64,000 nt of DNA. Origin: Candidatus Eiseniibacteriota bacterium (GTDB lineage Bacteria; Eisenbacteria; RBG-16-71-46; DASYSL01). Position numbers and translations under genes: made by a program. Below the pieces are notes generated by a model, which ran no database searches, was not told the origin of the DNA, and worked only from the letters and a program-made list of their open reading frames with translations. Of this stretch, positions 50,261-59,574 are shown piece after piece; positions within the stretch are counted from its first letter, which is position 1; the number at the start of each line of letters is the position of its first letter. The stretch is from NCBI GenBank assembly GCA_031431875.1, contig JANPEF010000008.1, forward strand, positions 27,120 through 91,119, in the 5' to 3' direction.

Positions 50261-50360
50261 AGGGCTTCCGAAGCACCCGGCGACTCTGATAAACTCGACC
50301 GGCTGCCGAAACGCTTCCCTTGCACACTCCGAACCTCCCCTCCCGTCGCAGGAGCCCGTG

Positions 50361-50654
50361 ATGGAGCACGCCAGCGCAGATCACGACGGGATCGTCGTGG
50401 GCGAGGGAGTGTTCGGTGCGAAGCTGGCACACCATCTGGCGCATGATTGGAGTTCCTGCTTCGACGACTTCGGGAAGACTTCCATGATCTCACCTACCTT
50501 CTCAAAGGCGACCGCGGAGCAGATTAGAGACTTTTGCTGGGGTATCCGTGCGCCGCTCGCACCCGCCTCCGCGGCAGTCCCACGTGACCCCGGGCGCGGC
50601 GTATCCTCGGGTGCCACAAAGAAGCGTAGGGACGGATGCGCGATCGGGTCCTGA
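50361..50654 (+). pseudogene. Degenerate, internally deleted copy of the 5' part of the FAD oxidoreductase at 51948
   Basis: DGIVVGEGVFGAKLAHHLAHD...KATAEQIRDFCWGIRAPLAP vs DAVVVGGGFFGASLAHHLAHD...KVTAEQFRTFCQRIGAPLEP; shared upstream DNA words. Confidence 0.8.
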
Positions 50655-51877
50655 CGCCGACCCCGGAGGCGTTTTCCCGGGGCCTGTGGCTCCTGCTGGC
50701 ACTCCTCTTTGTCGCGCCACGCGTCGGGCTGCTCGTCGTCCAACTCGGACGGCCGCTCGCTGGAGACGAGCTCTCCTACAACCAGATCGCGCGCAACGTT
50801 TCCGCGGGCCACGGCTTTTCTGGCGGTGAGGGGTCAGAGCTTCGCACGCCGACGGCTGCGCGCGGCCCGTCGTACATCCTCCTCGTCGCAGCTTTTGACG
50901 CCGTCTTCGGGGCCGATCGCACTCCTCTGTTCGCCTTCCAGATCCTCCTCGATGCCATGTCACTCCTGCTCCTGGTCCGCCTGGCTCGACGCTGGTTCGG
51001 CTCCTGGTGGATTGCGTGGTGGGCGGGCGTGCTGTACTCGACCTATCCCCCCATCATCACGAGCACGGTGGCGGTCCTGACGGAGCCGATGACCATTCTG
51101 ACACTCCTGCTCTGGGTCACCCTGTTCGTCGAGTACTACGAGACGAGACGAACGCGGGACCTGGTCCTCGCTTCGTTGGCCCTCGGTGTCTGTGCGCTCG
51201 GCAAGCCGCAAATCGCACTGTTCGGACCGGTGGCCTGTCTCGCGGCTCTGCCGCTGCTTCGTCCCGCCGGAACGGTTCGCGCCATCATCCTCGTCACTGC
51301 CGTCGTGACGCTCACCATGTCGCCGTGGATCGCGCGGAACGCACTCGTGTTCCGCACGTTCGTCCCGGGCGTCTCGATCGGCGGTCTGGGAGTCCTCTTC
51401 GGCTCCGGGGCCTTCGATGGACGAACCGTGGGGGCGCTGGACCATCCGGCGGTGCCCGACAGCGTGCGGCGGGCCGCCGCGACCATGGACGAAGTCGAGT
51501 TGAACCGCTGGGCCACGCGCGAAGCGGTTCGCACGATCCGTGAGCATCCGGGACGATACGCGAAGATCTCGGCGCTCAAGATTCCGCGCCTCTGGTTCAA
51601 TCTCGGATTCGACGAGGGTCGCCCCTCGCCGGCGAGCCTCTTCGTCGCGGCCTTCAATCTGGTCGCCGTCCTCCTCGCCTTCGCGGGTGCCCGCCTGGCT
51701 GTCGACCGGGTGGCTCCCCGGCTGGTCGGCTTCGGCGCGATCTTCTGGACGCTCGTGCACATCCCGTTCTTCGCCAACGTCCGCTACGCCGTTCCGTTCC
51801 TCGTGCTGGTCTTCGTCTTCACGGCTGCGGGCCTCGTGGTGATGACCCGGGGCTTTCGAAAGCCGCGTCCGGTCTGA
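50636..51877 (+). CDS. GT39/ArnT-like GT-C membrane glycosyltransferase
   Basis: GDELSY, RGPSY, LTEP, GKP, PWIARN, RYAVP; multi-TM. Confidence 0.8.
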   Translation: MRDRVLTPTPEAFSRGLWLLLALLFVAPRVGLLVVQLGRPLAGDELSYNQIARNVSAGHGFSGGEGSELRTPTAARGPSYILLVAAFDAVFGADRTPLFAFQILLDAMSLLLLVRLARRWFGSWWIAWWAGVLYSTYPPIITSTVAVLTEPMTILTLLLWVTLFVEYYETRRTRDLVLASLALGVCALGKPQIALFGPVACLAALPLLRPAGTVRAIILVTAVVTLTMSPWIARNALVFRTFVPGVSIGGLGVLFGSGAFDGRTVGALDHPAVPDSVRRAAATMDEVELNRWATREAVRTIREHPGRYAKISALKIPRLWFNLGFDEGRPSPASLFVAAFNLVAVLLAFAGARLAVDRVAPRLVGFGAIFWTLVHIPFFANVRYAVPFLVLVFVFTAAGLVVMTRGFRKPRPV

Positions 51878-51947
51878 TAAACTCACGCTTCGGCCGGCAC
51901 GGTGCCTGCCCGCACCCCCCCTCGTCACGTCGCAGGAGACTCCCATC

Positions 51948-53084
51948 GTGCAGACCAGCCGCGAGTACGACGCCGTCGTCGTGGGCGGGGGATTCTTCGG
52001 CGCAAGCCTGGCCCACCATCTGGCGCACGATCGGGGCCTGCGAGTCGTCCTCTTCGAGCAGTCGGGTGATCTGATGGGGCGGGCCAGTTACGCCAACCAG
52101 GCCCGGGTGCACAATGGGTATCACTACCCGCGCTCGCTACTGACAGCCCTGCGGTGCCGCATCAACTTCCCTCGCTTCGTCCACGACTTCGACGACTGCA
52201 TCTTTGATCGATTCGAGAAAACTTACGCCATCGCGCGGGTGGGCTCGAAGGTGACCGCTGAGCAATTCCGCACGTTCTGCCAGCGCATCGGCGCACCGCT
52301 GGAGCCGGCACCGCCTGCGGTGCGCCGCATGTTCGATCCGGACCGCATCGAGGACGTGTTTACGGCGCGCGAGATCGGCTTCGACGCCGTGCGTCTGCGC
52401 GCGCGAATGATCGAGCGACTCGACGACGCGGCGGTGACGGTCGAACTGGGCGCCGAGGTTCTCGCCGCGCGCACATCTGGGCCCCGCGAGATTGCGGTCG
52501 TGTGGCGGCGAGGCGGCGAGGAACGCGGGACGAAGGCGACCGCCGTGTTCAACTGCACCTACTCGCGCCTCAATCAGCTGCTCGTCGGCTCGGGGCTCGA
52601 CCGCCTGCATCTCAAGCATGAGCTCACCGAGATGCCGCTCGTCGAGGTTCCCGCCGAGCTCGCGAACCGCGGCGTGACGGTCATGTGCGGGCCGTTCTTC
52701 TCGCTCATGCCCTTCCCGGCGCGCGGGCTGCACACGCTCTCGCACGTCCGCTACACGCCGCATTGCGAGTGGAACGACGGACCGGACGAGCCGTGGCTCG
52801 ATCCCGATGTCGTCCTGCGCGAGCGCCCGCGGCGATCGCACTTCCCGCACATGGTGCGGGACGCGGCGCGCTACATGCCGGCGATCTCCGAGTGCCGCCA
52901 GGTCGACTCGCTCTGGGAGGTGAAGACGGTCCTGCCGCGCAGCGAGGTCGACGACAGCCGCCCGGTGCTTTACAAGAGTGATGCCGGCCTGCCAGGCCTG
53001 ACGTCCGTGCTCGGGGCGAAGATCGATAATATCTACGACATCCTCGAGGTCGCTGCCAGCGGCCTTGACCGGTCGGTCGCGTGA
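51948..53084 (+). CDS. FAD-dependent oxidoreductase (DAO family)
   Basis: VVGGGFFG, ASYANQARVHNGYHYPRS, MCGPFFS, GAKID; AGGAG SD. Confidence 0.85.
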   Translation: MQTSREYDAVVVGGGFFGASLAHHLAHDRGLRVVLFEQSGDLMGRASYANQARVHNGYHYPRSLLTALRCRINFPRFVHDFDDCIFDRFEKTYAIARVGSKVTAEQFRTFCQRIGAPLEPAPPAVRRMFDPDRIEDVFTAREIGFDAVRLRARMIERLDDAAVTVELGAEVLAARTSGPREIAVVWRRGGEERGTKATAVFNCTYSRLNQLLVGSGLDRLHLKHELTEMPLVEVPAELANRGVTVMCGPFFSLMPFPARGLHTLSHVRYTPHCEWNDGPDEPWLDPDVVLRERPRRSHFPHMVRDAARYMPAISECRQVDSLWEVKTVLPRSEVDDSRPVLYKSDAGLPGLTSVLGAKIDNIYDILEVAASGLDRSVA

Positions 53085-54079
53085 GCGCCCCCGCGGTGTC
53101 GACGGACTGCTTCGTCTCGGTGGTCGCGCCGCTCCACGATGACGCCGACATCGTCGCGGCGTTCGTGCGCGAAGTCGTCGACATTCTCAAGCAGCGCTAC
53201 GACAACTACGAGCTCGTCCTCGTCGACGACGGTTCGACGGACCCGACGTGGGACGTTATGGCGGCGATGCTTCGCGATGAACCGTGCATCCGACTCCTGC
53301 GCCTGTCGCGACGCTTCGGCCGGGATGTCGCGATCTCGGCCGGCCTCGACACGGTCATCGGCGACTTCGTCGTTGTCTTGCTGCCCGAGAGCGATCCCCC
53401 GGAGTTGATCCCGCAGGTCGTCGAGATGTGCCGCGCCGGGGCGGGTATCGCCTACGGCATCCGCGCGCACCGGCCGGTCGAGTCGCCGCTGCTTTCGCTC
53501 GGTGCCCGAGTGTTCTACTGGTACTTCAATCGCCTCCTGCGCATCGACCTGCCACGCAACTCCACTGACTTTCGCGGCTACAGCCGGCAGAGCGTCAACG
53601 CGATCACGCGCATCAAGGATCGCTTGCGCTACCTGCGGACGTTTGGCACCTACGTCGGATTCGGCGGACAGCCGTTCACCTACGAGCCCCGACTTCGCCG
53701 GGCACGCGTCCGCGGCCGTGGTGTCGGCGAGGCCGTCGGGCTGGCCATCAACATGACCGTTGCCAACTCGACGCAACCGCTGCGTCTCGCGAGCATCCTC
53801 GGATTCATGCTTGCGTTCATCTGCTCGGTTCACGTCGTCTACGTGCTCGCCGTTCGCCTGTTGGCCCGCGACGTCGTCCCGGGCTGGGCCACGGGGCAGA
53901 TGTTCGAATCGACCATGTTCGCGTTCATGTTCGTGATGCTGGCGACACTGAGCGAGTACATGGGGCGGCTGCTCGGCGAAGTGAAAGACCGGCCGCTCTA
54001 CTTCGTCCTCGAGGAGCGATCGAGCTCGGTCCTCCTCGTCGACGAGCATCGGAAAAACGTCGTCGCCGAATCCGTCTGA
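53081..54079 (+). CDS. GT2 polyprenyl-phosphate glycosyltransferase (GtrB-like, divergent DxD)
   Basis: VDDGSTD, LSRRFG, AGLD, DFR, two TMs, EVKDRPLY; LPESDPP replaces DADLQDPP. Confidence 0.82.
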   Translation: MSAPAVSTDCFVSVVAPLHDDADIVAAFVREVVDILKQRYDNYELVLVDDGSTDPTWDVMAAMLRDEPCIRLLRLSRRFGRDVAISAGLDTVIGDFVVVLLPESDPPELIPQVVEMCRAGAGIAYGIRAHRPVESPLLSLGARVFYWYFNRLLRIDLPRNSTDFRGYSRQSVNAITRIKDRLRYLRTFGTYVGFGGQPFTYEPRLRRARVRGRGVGEAVGLAINMTVANSTQPLRLASILGFMLAFICSVHVVYVLAVRLLARDVVPGWATGQMFESTMFAFMFVMLATLSEYMGRLLGEVKDRPLYFVLEERSSSVLLVDEHRKNVVAESV

Positions 54080-54099
54080 ACGGCGAGCGGAGGAAGTGC

Positions 54100-54576
54100 A
54101 TGGAGTTCTGTCGAATTGCGGACGATGTCGTACTCGGCGAAGGCGTGCAGATCCACGCCTTCGTCAACCTGTACGGATGCAAGGTCGGCGACGGGACGCG
54201 ACTCGGCACGTTCGTCGAGATCCAGAAGGGCGCGTCGGTCGGGAAGCAATGCAAGATCTCGAGCCATACGTTCATCTGTGAGGGCGTGGAGATCGGGGAT
54301 CGCGTCTTCGTCGGTCATGGCGTGATGTTCACCAACACGATGGTGCCCCGCGCCACCAACGCCGACGGCGCCCTGCAGAGCGAGGTCGACTGGACGCTCG
54401 AGCGCACGGTCATCGGGGACGACGCCTCGATCGGATCCGGATCGGTGATCCTGTGCGGCATCGCCATCGGCGCGGGCGCGATGATCGGCGCCGGGGCGGT
54501 GGTGACGAAGAGCGTTCCCGCCGGGGAGATCTGGGTCGGCAATCCGGCGAGGTTCCTGCGCAAGGTGGCGGATTGA
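54100..54576 (+). CDS. Hexapeptide-repeat nucleotide-sugar N-acetyltransferase (WbpD/FdtC-like)
   Basis: FVEIQK, KISSHTFICEGV, GHGVMFTN, GAGAVVTK..GNPAR. Confidence 0.88.
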   Translation: MEFCRIADDVVLGEGVQIHAFVNLYGCKVGDGTRLGTFVEIQKGASVGKQCKISSHTFICEGVEIGDRVFVGHGVMFTNTMVPRATNADGALQSEVDWTLERTVIGDDASIGSGSVILCGIAIGAGAMIGAGAVVTKSVPAGEIWVGNPARFLRKVAD

Positions 54577-55295
54577 GCGGGGCTCCGCGCGTCGTCGCCA
54601 CGTTCCCGTTCCACGACGAGCGCGGGAAGCTGGCGCTCCTGGTCCCGCGGCTGGGCCAGGCGCCGGTCGACCTGTGGCTGCCGGTCGACGACGGCTCCTC
54701 CGACGGCGGCGCCGATCTGTTGCGTGCCGCCGGGATCGAACCACTGCGGAATGATGCGCGGCGCGGCATCGGCTTCTGCCTCAAGCGCGTGGTCGGTGAG
54801 GCGCGCTCCCGGGGCGCCGAGTTCATGGTCGTCATGGCGGGGAACAACAAGGATGACCCGGCCGAGATCGCGCGTCTGCTGGCGCCCCTGCTCGAGGATC
54901 GGGCCGACTACGTGCAGGGCAGCCGGTTTCTCCCGGGCGGATCCAGTCCGCACCTGCCGGCATTCCGCTGGGCGGCGATCCAACTGCTGAGCGCGTGGTT
55001 TCGCCTGTCGATGGGCCGCTCGTGCACGGACCTGACGAATGGCTTCCGGGCCTATCGCCTGGCGATCTTCGATCACCCGGAGGTCGACATCACGCAGGAG
55101 TGGCTCGACGACTACGAGTTCGAGTACTACGTCCACTGGAAGGCCTACAAGCTCGGCTTCCGCACCTGCGAGGTCCCCGTCACCAAGACCTATCCGGGAG
55201 TCCGCGGAGTCGAGTACAGCAAGATCAAGCCCTTCACGGGATGGTGGCGCATGCTCCGCCCCTTCGTGTTTCTCGGCCTCGGCATCAAGAAATAG
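54573..55295 (+). CDS. GT2 DPM-like glycosyltransferase
   Basis: VDDGSSD, MAGNNKDDP, VQGSRF, DLTNGFRAY; TTG start overlapping the upstream stop. Confidence 0.85.
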   Translation: MSGAPRVVATFPFHDERGKLALLVPRLGQAPVDLWLPVDDGSSDGGADLLRAAGIEPLRNDARRGIGFCLKRVVGEARSRGAEFMVVMAGNNKDDPAEIARLLAPLLEDRADYVQGSRFLPGGSSPHLPAFRWAAIQLLSAWFRLSMGRSCTDLTNGFRAYRLAIFDHPEVDITQEWLDDYEFEYYVHWKAYKLGFRTCEVPVTKTYPGVRGVEYSKIKPFTGWWRMLRPFVFLGLGIKK

Positions 55296-55304
55296 GAGAG
55301 CGAC

Positions 55305-56444
55305 GTGGTTCACGACCCTGGTACGCGCCCGGCGGTGAAGGTTCCCTTCTTCGACCTCGCGCAACAGCTGGCGACCATTCGCCCCGAGATCGACGCGGCC
55401 CTGGCGGGCGTGCTCGCCGACGGCGGATTCACCAATGGCTCGGCGGTCGCCGCATTCGAGGAACAGTTCGCGGCCTACTGCAGCGTCGCCCACTGCATCG
55501 CGGTGAACAATGGCACGAGCGCGCTGCACGTCGCCCTTCGCGCGCTCGGCATCGGCCCCGGGGACGAGGTCGTCACCGTGTCCATGAGCTTCGTGGCCAC
55601 CGCGTGGCCCATCCTCTATACGGGCGCGCGACCGGTGTTCGTCGACGTGGACCCGTCGCGGATGACCATGGATCCGGCGGCGCTGCAGAAGGCGGTGACG
55701 CCGCGCACGCGCGCGATCATCGTCGTGCATCTCTACGGGCAGATGGCCGACATGGACCCCATCCTCGCGATCGCCCGTGAGCACGGGATCCCGGTCGTCG
55801 AGGATTGCGCCCAGTCGCAGGGAGCCGAGTACCTCGGTCGACGCGCCGGCTCGCTGGGCACCATCGGCTGCTACAGCTTCTACCCGAGCAAGAACCTGGG
55901 CGCCTACGGCGAGGCGGGCGCCGTCGTCACGAACGATCCTGCGCTGGCGGCGACGTGCCGAATGCTGCGCAATCATGCCATGGCGGAGAAGTACCTGCAC
56001 GTCGACGTGGGCTACAACTACCGCATGAACAGCTTCCAGGGTGCGGTGTTGCAGGTGAAGCTGCGGCATCTCGAGGAGTGGACGCGCCGGCGCATCGCAC
56101 TCGCCGAGCGCTACGATCGCCTGCTCGCCGACGCGGGCGTCACCCGTCCCGCCCTGGCCAAGGACGGTCGCCATGTGCACCATCTCTACGTGATCCGCCA
56201 TCCGCGCCGCGACTGGCTGCGGGACGAACTCGAGCAGCGCGGCGTCGAAACCACCGTGCATTATCCGCTGGCGATCCATCAGCAGCCGGTACTGGAGAAG
56301 TACGGATTCGATCGCCAGGAGCTGCTGCACACCGAAGCCATCGCGCGCGAGTGCATCAGCCTGCCGCTGTACCCCGAGATGCCCGACGAACATGCGGACG
56401 TGGTTTCTGCCGCGATCCACGAGGTCCTGCGAACGGCGGGGTGA
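55305..56444 (+). CDS. DegT/DnrJ/EryC1/StrS PLP aminotransferase
   Basis: NNGTSALH, VHLYGQ, EDCAQSQG, SFYPSKNLGAYGEAG. Confidence 0.93.
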   Translation: MVHDPGTRPAVKVPFFDLAQQLATIRPEIDAALAGVLADGGFTNGSAVAAFEEQFAAYCSVAHCIAVNNGTSALHVALRALGIGPGDEVVTVSMSFVATAWPILYTGARPVFVDVDPSRMTMDPAALQKAVTPRTRAIIVVHLYGQMADMDPILAIAREHGIPVVEDCAQSQGAEYLGRRAGSLGTIGCYSFYPSKNLGAYGEAGAVVTNDPALAATCRMLRNHAMAEKYLHVDVGYNYRMNSFQGAVLQVKLRHLEEWTRRRIALAERYDRLLADAGVTRPALAKDGRHVHHLYVIRHPRRDWLRDELEQRGVETTVHYPLAIHQQPVLEKYGFDRQELLHTEAIARECISLPLYPEMPDEHADVVSAAIHEVLRTAG

Positions 56445-56451
56445 GGGCGGT

Positions 56452-57657
56452 TCAGCCCCGCCAGGCGAGCGCCAGCGAGCCGAGCAGGGAGAGAAGGAGA
56501 GCGCCCGTGGCGACCAGGCCGGCCCGGCGCGATCCCAACTGCTTGCCCAGGGCCACGAGCCCGATCGCGGCGGCCACCGCGACGCACCACTCGGTCGGGA
56601 ACCGATAGCGCGAGATCAGGTACACCGGCACCAGCACGGCGCCCTGTCCCAGCCAGATGAGGCCGGGCAGGAGCACGCGCGGGCGGGACCAGGCGAGCCC
56701 GAGCGCAGCGAGCGCCGCCATCATGGCAAAGCGATGCACCCAGAGGTCCGCATCGCGTCCCCGGATCGGGCCCAGGTAGATGAAGGCGCGCTGCGCCACC
56801 GCGGCCGCCACATGCGCCGGGTGATCGTGGATCCGCTCCAGGGTGAGCGCGCGATAGTGGCGGTCGAATCCGATCTCTCCCAGGGACAGGTTCTCTCCCA
56901 TCCACAGGTAGGCCGGCAGGACGTCGCCGTCGGTGGTGCCCGCCCACGCCGTGGCGCCGCCGTTGGTGGTGAAGGGCACGAAGGCATGGAGCACACGCGC
57001 ATTGCGCACCGGCCACGGCGCCCAGGCGATGAGAGCCGCGGCGCCGAACGCGACGGCCGCGCGGGGCTGCTTGAACAGAAGCCAGAGGCCGATCGCACCG
57101 GCCAGCCCCAGTCCCACGGGGCGCACGAGGATCGCGGCCGCGGTCACGCCGCCGGCGAGCACGGCGAGCCCGAGTGAGCGCCGTCGCACCGCGACGAGGA
57201 TGAGCCAGGTGGCGAGCACGGTGAGCACCTCGTACAGGATTTCGCTCTCGACGACGCTGGCATGTCCCCAGGACACCGGCCACGCGAAGCGCAGGGCGAA
57301 TGCGATCCACGCCGCGCGGGCGCCCGCCAGCTCGCCCGCGATCGCACCCACCAGGGCGGCGGAGAGGCCGTTGAGTGCGCCCTGGATGGCGAGGAGCGTG
57401 GTCATTCCGCCGATCGCAAGGACAAAGGCGAGGAACACCGGGTAGCCCGGCGCGCGGAACGCGTAGAGGTCGAGCCCCGGCATGTGGGCTTCCTGGTAAC
57501 GGATTCCGGTGCCCGCGAGAATCGAGCGGGCGATCGCTTCGAAAGCGAGACTGTCGGGCTGGACGTGCGGGATCGGCAGCAACGGCGCGATGCAGCCGCC
57601 GATCGCGGCAGCGCCGAGGGCCAGCCAGGCGAGCGGGTAGCGTTCGAGGCGGATCAC
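56452..57657 (-). CDS. GT39/ArnT-like GT-C membrane glycosyltransferase
   Basis: QPDSLAF, FRAPGYPVFLA, ESE, LVRP, PWPVRN, RYRFP. Confidence 0.8.
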   Translation of the reverse strand: MIRLERYPLAWLALGAAAIGGCIAPLLPIPHVQPDSLAFEAIARSILAGTGIRYQEAHMPGLDLYAFRAPGYPVFLAFVLAIGGMTTLLAIQGALNGLSAALVGAIAGELAGARAAWIAFALRFAWPVSWGHASVVESEILYEVLTVLATWLILVAVRRRSLGLAVLAGGVTAAAILVRPVGLGLAGAIGLWLLFKQPRAAVAFGAAALIAWAPWPVRNARVLHAFVPFTTNGGATAWAGTTDGDVLPAYLWMGENLSLGEIGFDRHYRALTLERIHDHPAHVAAAVAQRAFIYLGPIRGRDADLWVHRFAMMAALAALGLAWSRPRVLLPGLIWLGQGAVLVPVYLISRYRFPTEWCVAVAAAIGLVALGKQLGSRRAGLVATGALLLSLLGSLALAWRG

Positions 57658-58403
57658 GCTCGCACCGCTTCGAGCACCATCGTCTCCCACGTCACGTGCT
57701 CCACGCCGCCCACCGTCTGGGCGTGCGTTTCGAGCCCACGCAGCGTGGGATCAGCGCTCTCGTTCAGGGAGTGTCGCGTCACCTCGGTGAAGCCGGCGCG
57801 CGCCAGCTCGGCGCGCAGCGTCGTCTCGTCGTAGAGGAACACGTGGCCCCAGGCGCGCATCGCGTGGTTGAGCACGTCGACCGCGCGCGGCTCGACCCCG
57901 TCGGCGGGAAACGTGGCTGCGATCCAGCGCACGTACGCCGCGCCCGCGGCATCGGCGCCGGGCGTGGCGACGAGCCCGGCCAGCCGCGCGAGGTCGGGCG
58001 TGGCCAGGCGCAGGCGGCCGCCGGGGCGGAGCACGCGGTGGGCCTCGGCCAGCATCGCGCGGCCGCCCGAAAGCGGCACGTGCTCGATCATGTGCTCGGA
58101 GTGGATGCGATCGAACGAGGCATCGGGGAATGGGAACGGGCGCGTCGCGTCGAGGAACAGGACGCCCGGCGCGACGCGTGGGTCGAGGTCGGTGGCGAGC
58201 CAGCCCGCCGGCGGGTGGTGCCCGGCACCGAGGGTGAGCCCGCGCGCGCCGGGAGCGGTTGCGGTGAGATAGCGCGCGATTGCCGCACCCCGGGTCGCGC
58301 ACCAGGTCGCGCGTCGCGTGGCGAGGAGTGCGGCCTGGACGGTCTTCGCCGCATGGAACAGCAGGGGCGTGCGGCGGAGCCGGGCTCGGAGGTCGTCGCT
58401 CAT
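57654..58403 (-). CDS. SAM-dependent methyltransferase (type 11-like)
   Basis: LGAG, LDATRPFPFPD, SEHMIEH, RVLRPGGRLRLATPD. Confidence 0.85.
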   Translation of the reverse strand: MSDDLRARLRRTPLLFHAAKTVQAALLATRRATWCATRGAAIARYLTATAPGARGLTLGAGHHPPAGWLATDLDPRVAPGVLFLDATRPFPFPDASFDRIHSEHMIEHVPLSGGRAMLAEAHRVLRPGGRLRLATPDLARLAGLVATPGADAAGAAYVRWIAATFPADGVEPRAVDVLNHAMRAWGHVFLYDETTLRAELARAGFTEVTRHSLNESADPTLRGLETHAQTVGGVEHVTWETMVLEAVRA

Positions 58404-58411
58404 CGCGTCGC

Positions 58412-58464
58412 ACGATAGCACGGCGCGCACGGGTCTTGAGGATTGGCGCGCGGCAGCCTACAGT
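58412..58464. promoter_or_regulatory. Compact divergent promoter pair, both leaderless-type
   Basis: Plus: TTGAGG-N17-TACAGT, 6 nt to ATG 58471; minus: TGc-TATCGT, 8 nt to ATG 58403. Confidence 0.5.
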
Positions 58465-58470
58465 GCCCCC

Positions 58471-59574
58471 ATGCGATCCGCGCTGGTCCTTGCCGGCGGT
58501 CGCGGCGAGCGCTTCTGGCCGATGAGCCTCCCCGGCCGGCCGAAGCAGCTCCTGCCGCTGGCCGACGGAACCGTCCTCCTCACCGCCACGCTCGAGCGGC
58601 TCGACGGCGTCGTCGATTCCGCGCACACGTGGATCCTCACCGGGCGCGAGCTGTTGGAGCCCGTGCGACGGCTCGTCGGCGACCGCGCGCACGTCGTCGC
58701 CGAGCCGGTGGGCCGCAACACCGCGGCCGCCGTCGGGCTCGCCGCGATCCTCGCCCGCGCTGCCGGCGCGAACGACGCCATGATCGTGCTTCCGTCCGAT
58801 CACCTGGTGCCGGACCTCGACGTCTTTCGCCGCGACCTGCTCCTCGCCTGCGCCGTGGCCGAGGAGGAGGATCGCCTGGTCACCTTCGGCATCCAGCCCG
58901 ACCGGCCCGAGGTGGGCTACGGCTACGTCGAGCGGGGCGCACCGATTCCCGGTCACGAGCGCGCGCACACCGTGAAGAGCTTCCGCGAGAAGCCCGACCT
59001 CGCCACCGCCGAGCGCTACGTCGCGAGCGGCGATTTCCGCTGGAACAGCGGCATGTTCGTCTGGCGACCCAGCGCGCTGCTCGCAGCACTCGCCCGCCAT
59101 CGGCCCGCCCTGGCGCAGGGACTCGACGCGTTCACCACGCCGGCCGCGGCTGCCGCGGCGGGGGACAAGGCCGCCCTCGACGCCGCGCTCGAGCGCCATT
59201 TCGCCGGGCTCGAGGCGATCTCGGTCGACTACGCGGTGATGGAGAAGGCGGACAATGCGGCGACGATCGATGCGTCGTTCGCGTGGGACGACCTGGGCTC
59301 GTGGGGTGCGTGGGCGCGCCGGCGACCGCGCGATGCGCGCGGCAACGTCGTCGAGGCGCGCGCCGTCGCGATCGACAGCGACGACTGCACGGTGCTCGGC
59401 GGTGGTGATCGTCCGGTCGTCGTCCTCGGCGGCAAGGGACTGGTCGTCGTGCAACACGCCGGCGGCACGCTGGTCTGCCCGGCCGATCGTGTCGACGAGG
59501 TGCGGAAGGCGGTCGCCGCGCTCGAGGAGCGTGGATGGTCGACGCCGGCGCCGGACGATGAGGTCGCCTCGTGA
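58471..59574 (+). CDS. manC: Mannose-1-phosphate guanylyltransferase
   Basis: LAGGRGERFWPMS...PKQLL, EPVGRNTA, PSDH, GYGY, FREKP, WNSGMF, SVDYAVME, WDDLGSW. Confidence 0.92.
   Translation: MRSALVLAGGRGERFWPMSLPGRPKQLLPLADGTVLLTATLERLDGVVDSAHTWILTGRELLEPVRRLVGDRAHVVAEPVGRNTAAAVGLAAILARAAGANDAMIVLPSDHLVPDLDVFRRDLLLACAVAEEEDRLVTFGIQPDRPEVGYGYVERGAPIPGHERAHTVKSFREKPDLATAERYVASGDFRWNSGMFVWRPSALLAALARHRPALAQGLDAFTTPAAAAAAGDKAALDAALERHFAGLEAISVDYAVMEKADNAATIDASFAWDDLGSWGAWARRRPRDARGNVVEARAVAIDSDDCTVLGGGDRPVVVLGGKGLVVVQHAGGTLVCPADRVDEVRKAVAALEERGWSTPAPDDEVAS

Noticed and set aside
49963..50289. 108-aa ORF as a real gene
   Set aside because: Low-complexity and overlapping a promoter; only its last few codons resemble the duplicated GT-C tail
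51895..51909. CGGCACG-N4-CTGC as a sigma54 promoter
   Set aside because: Correct GG-N10-GC spacing but two mismatches to consensus; easily arises by chance in GC-rich DNA and no activator is in view
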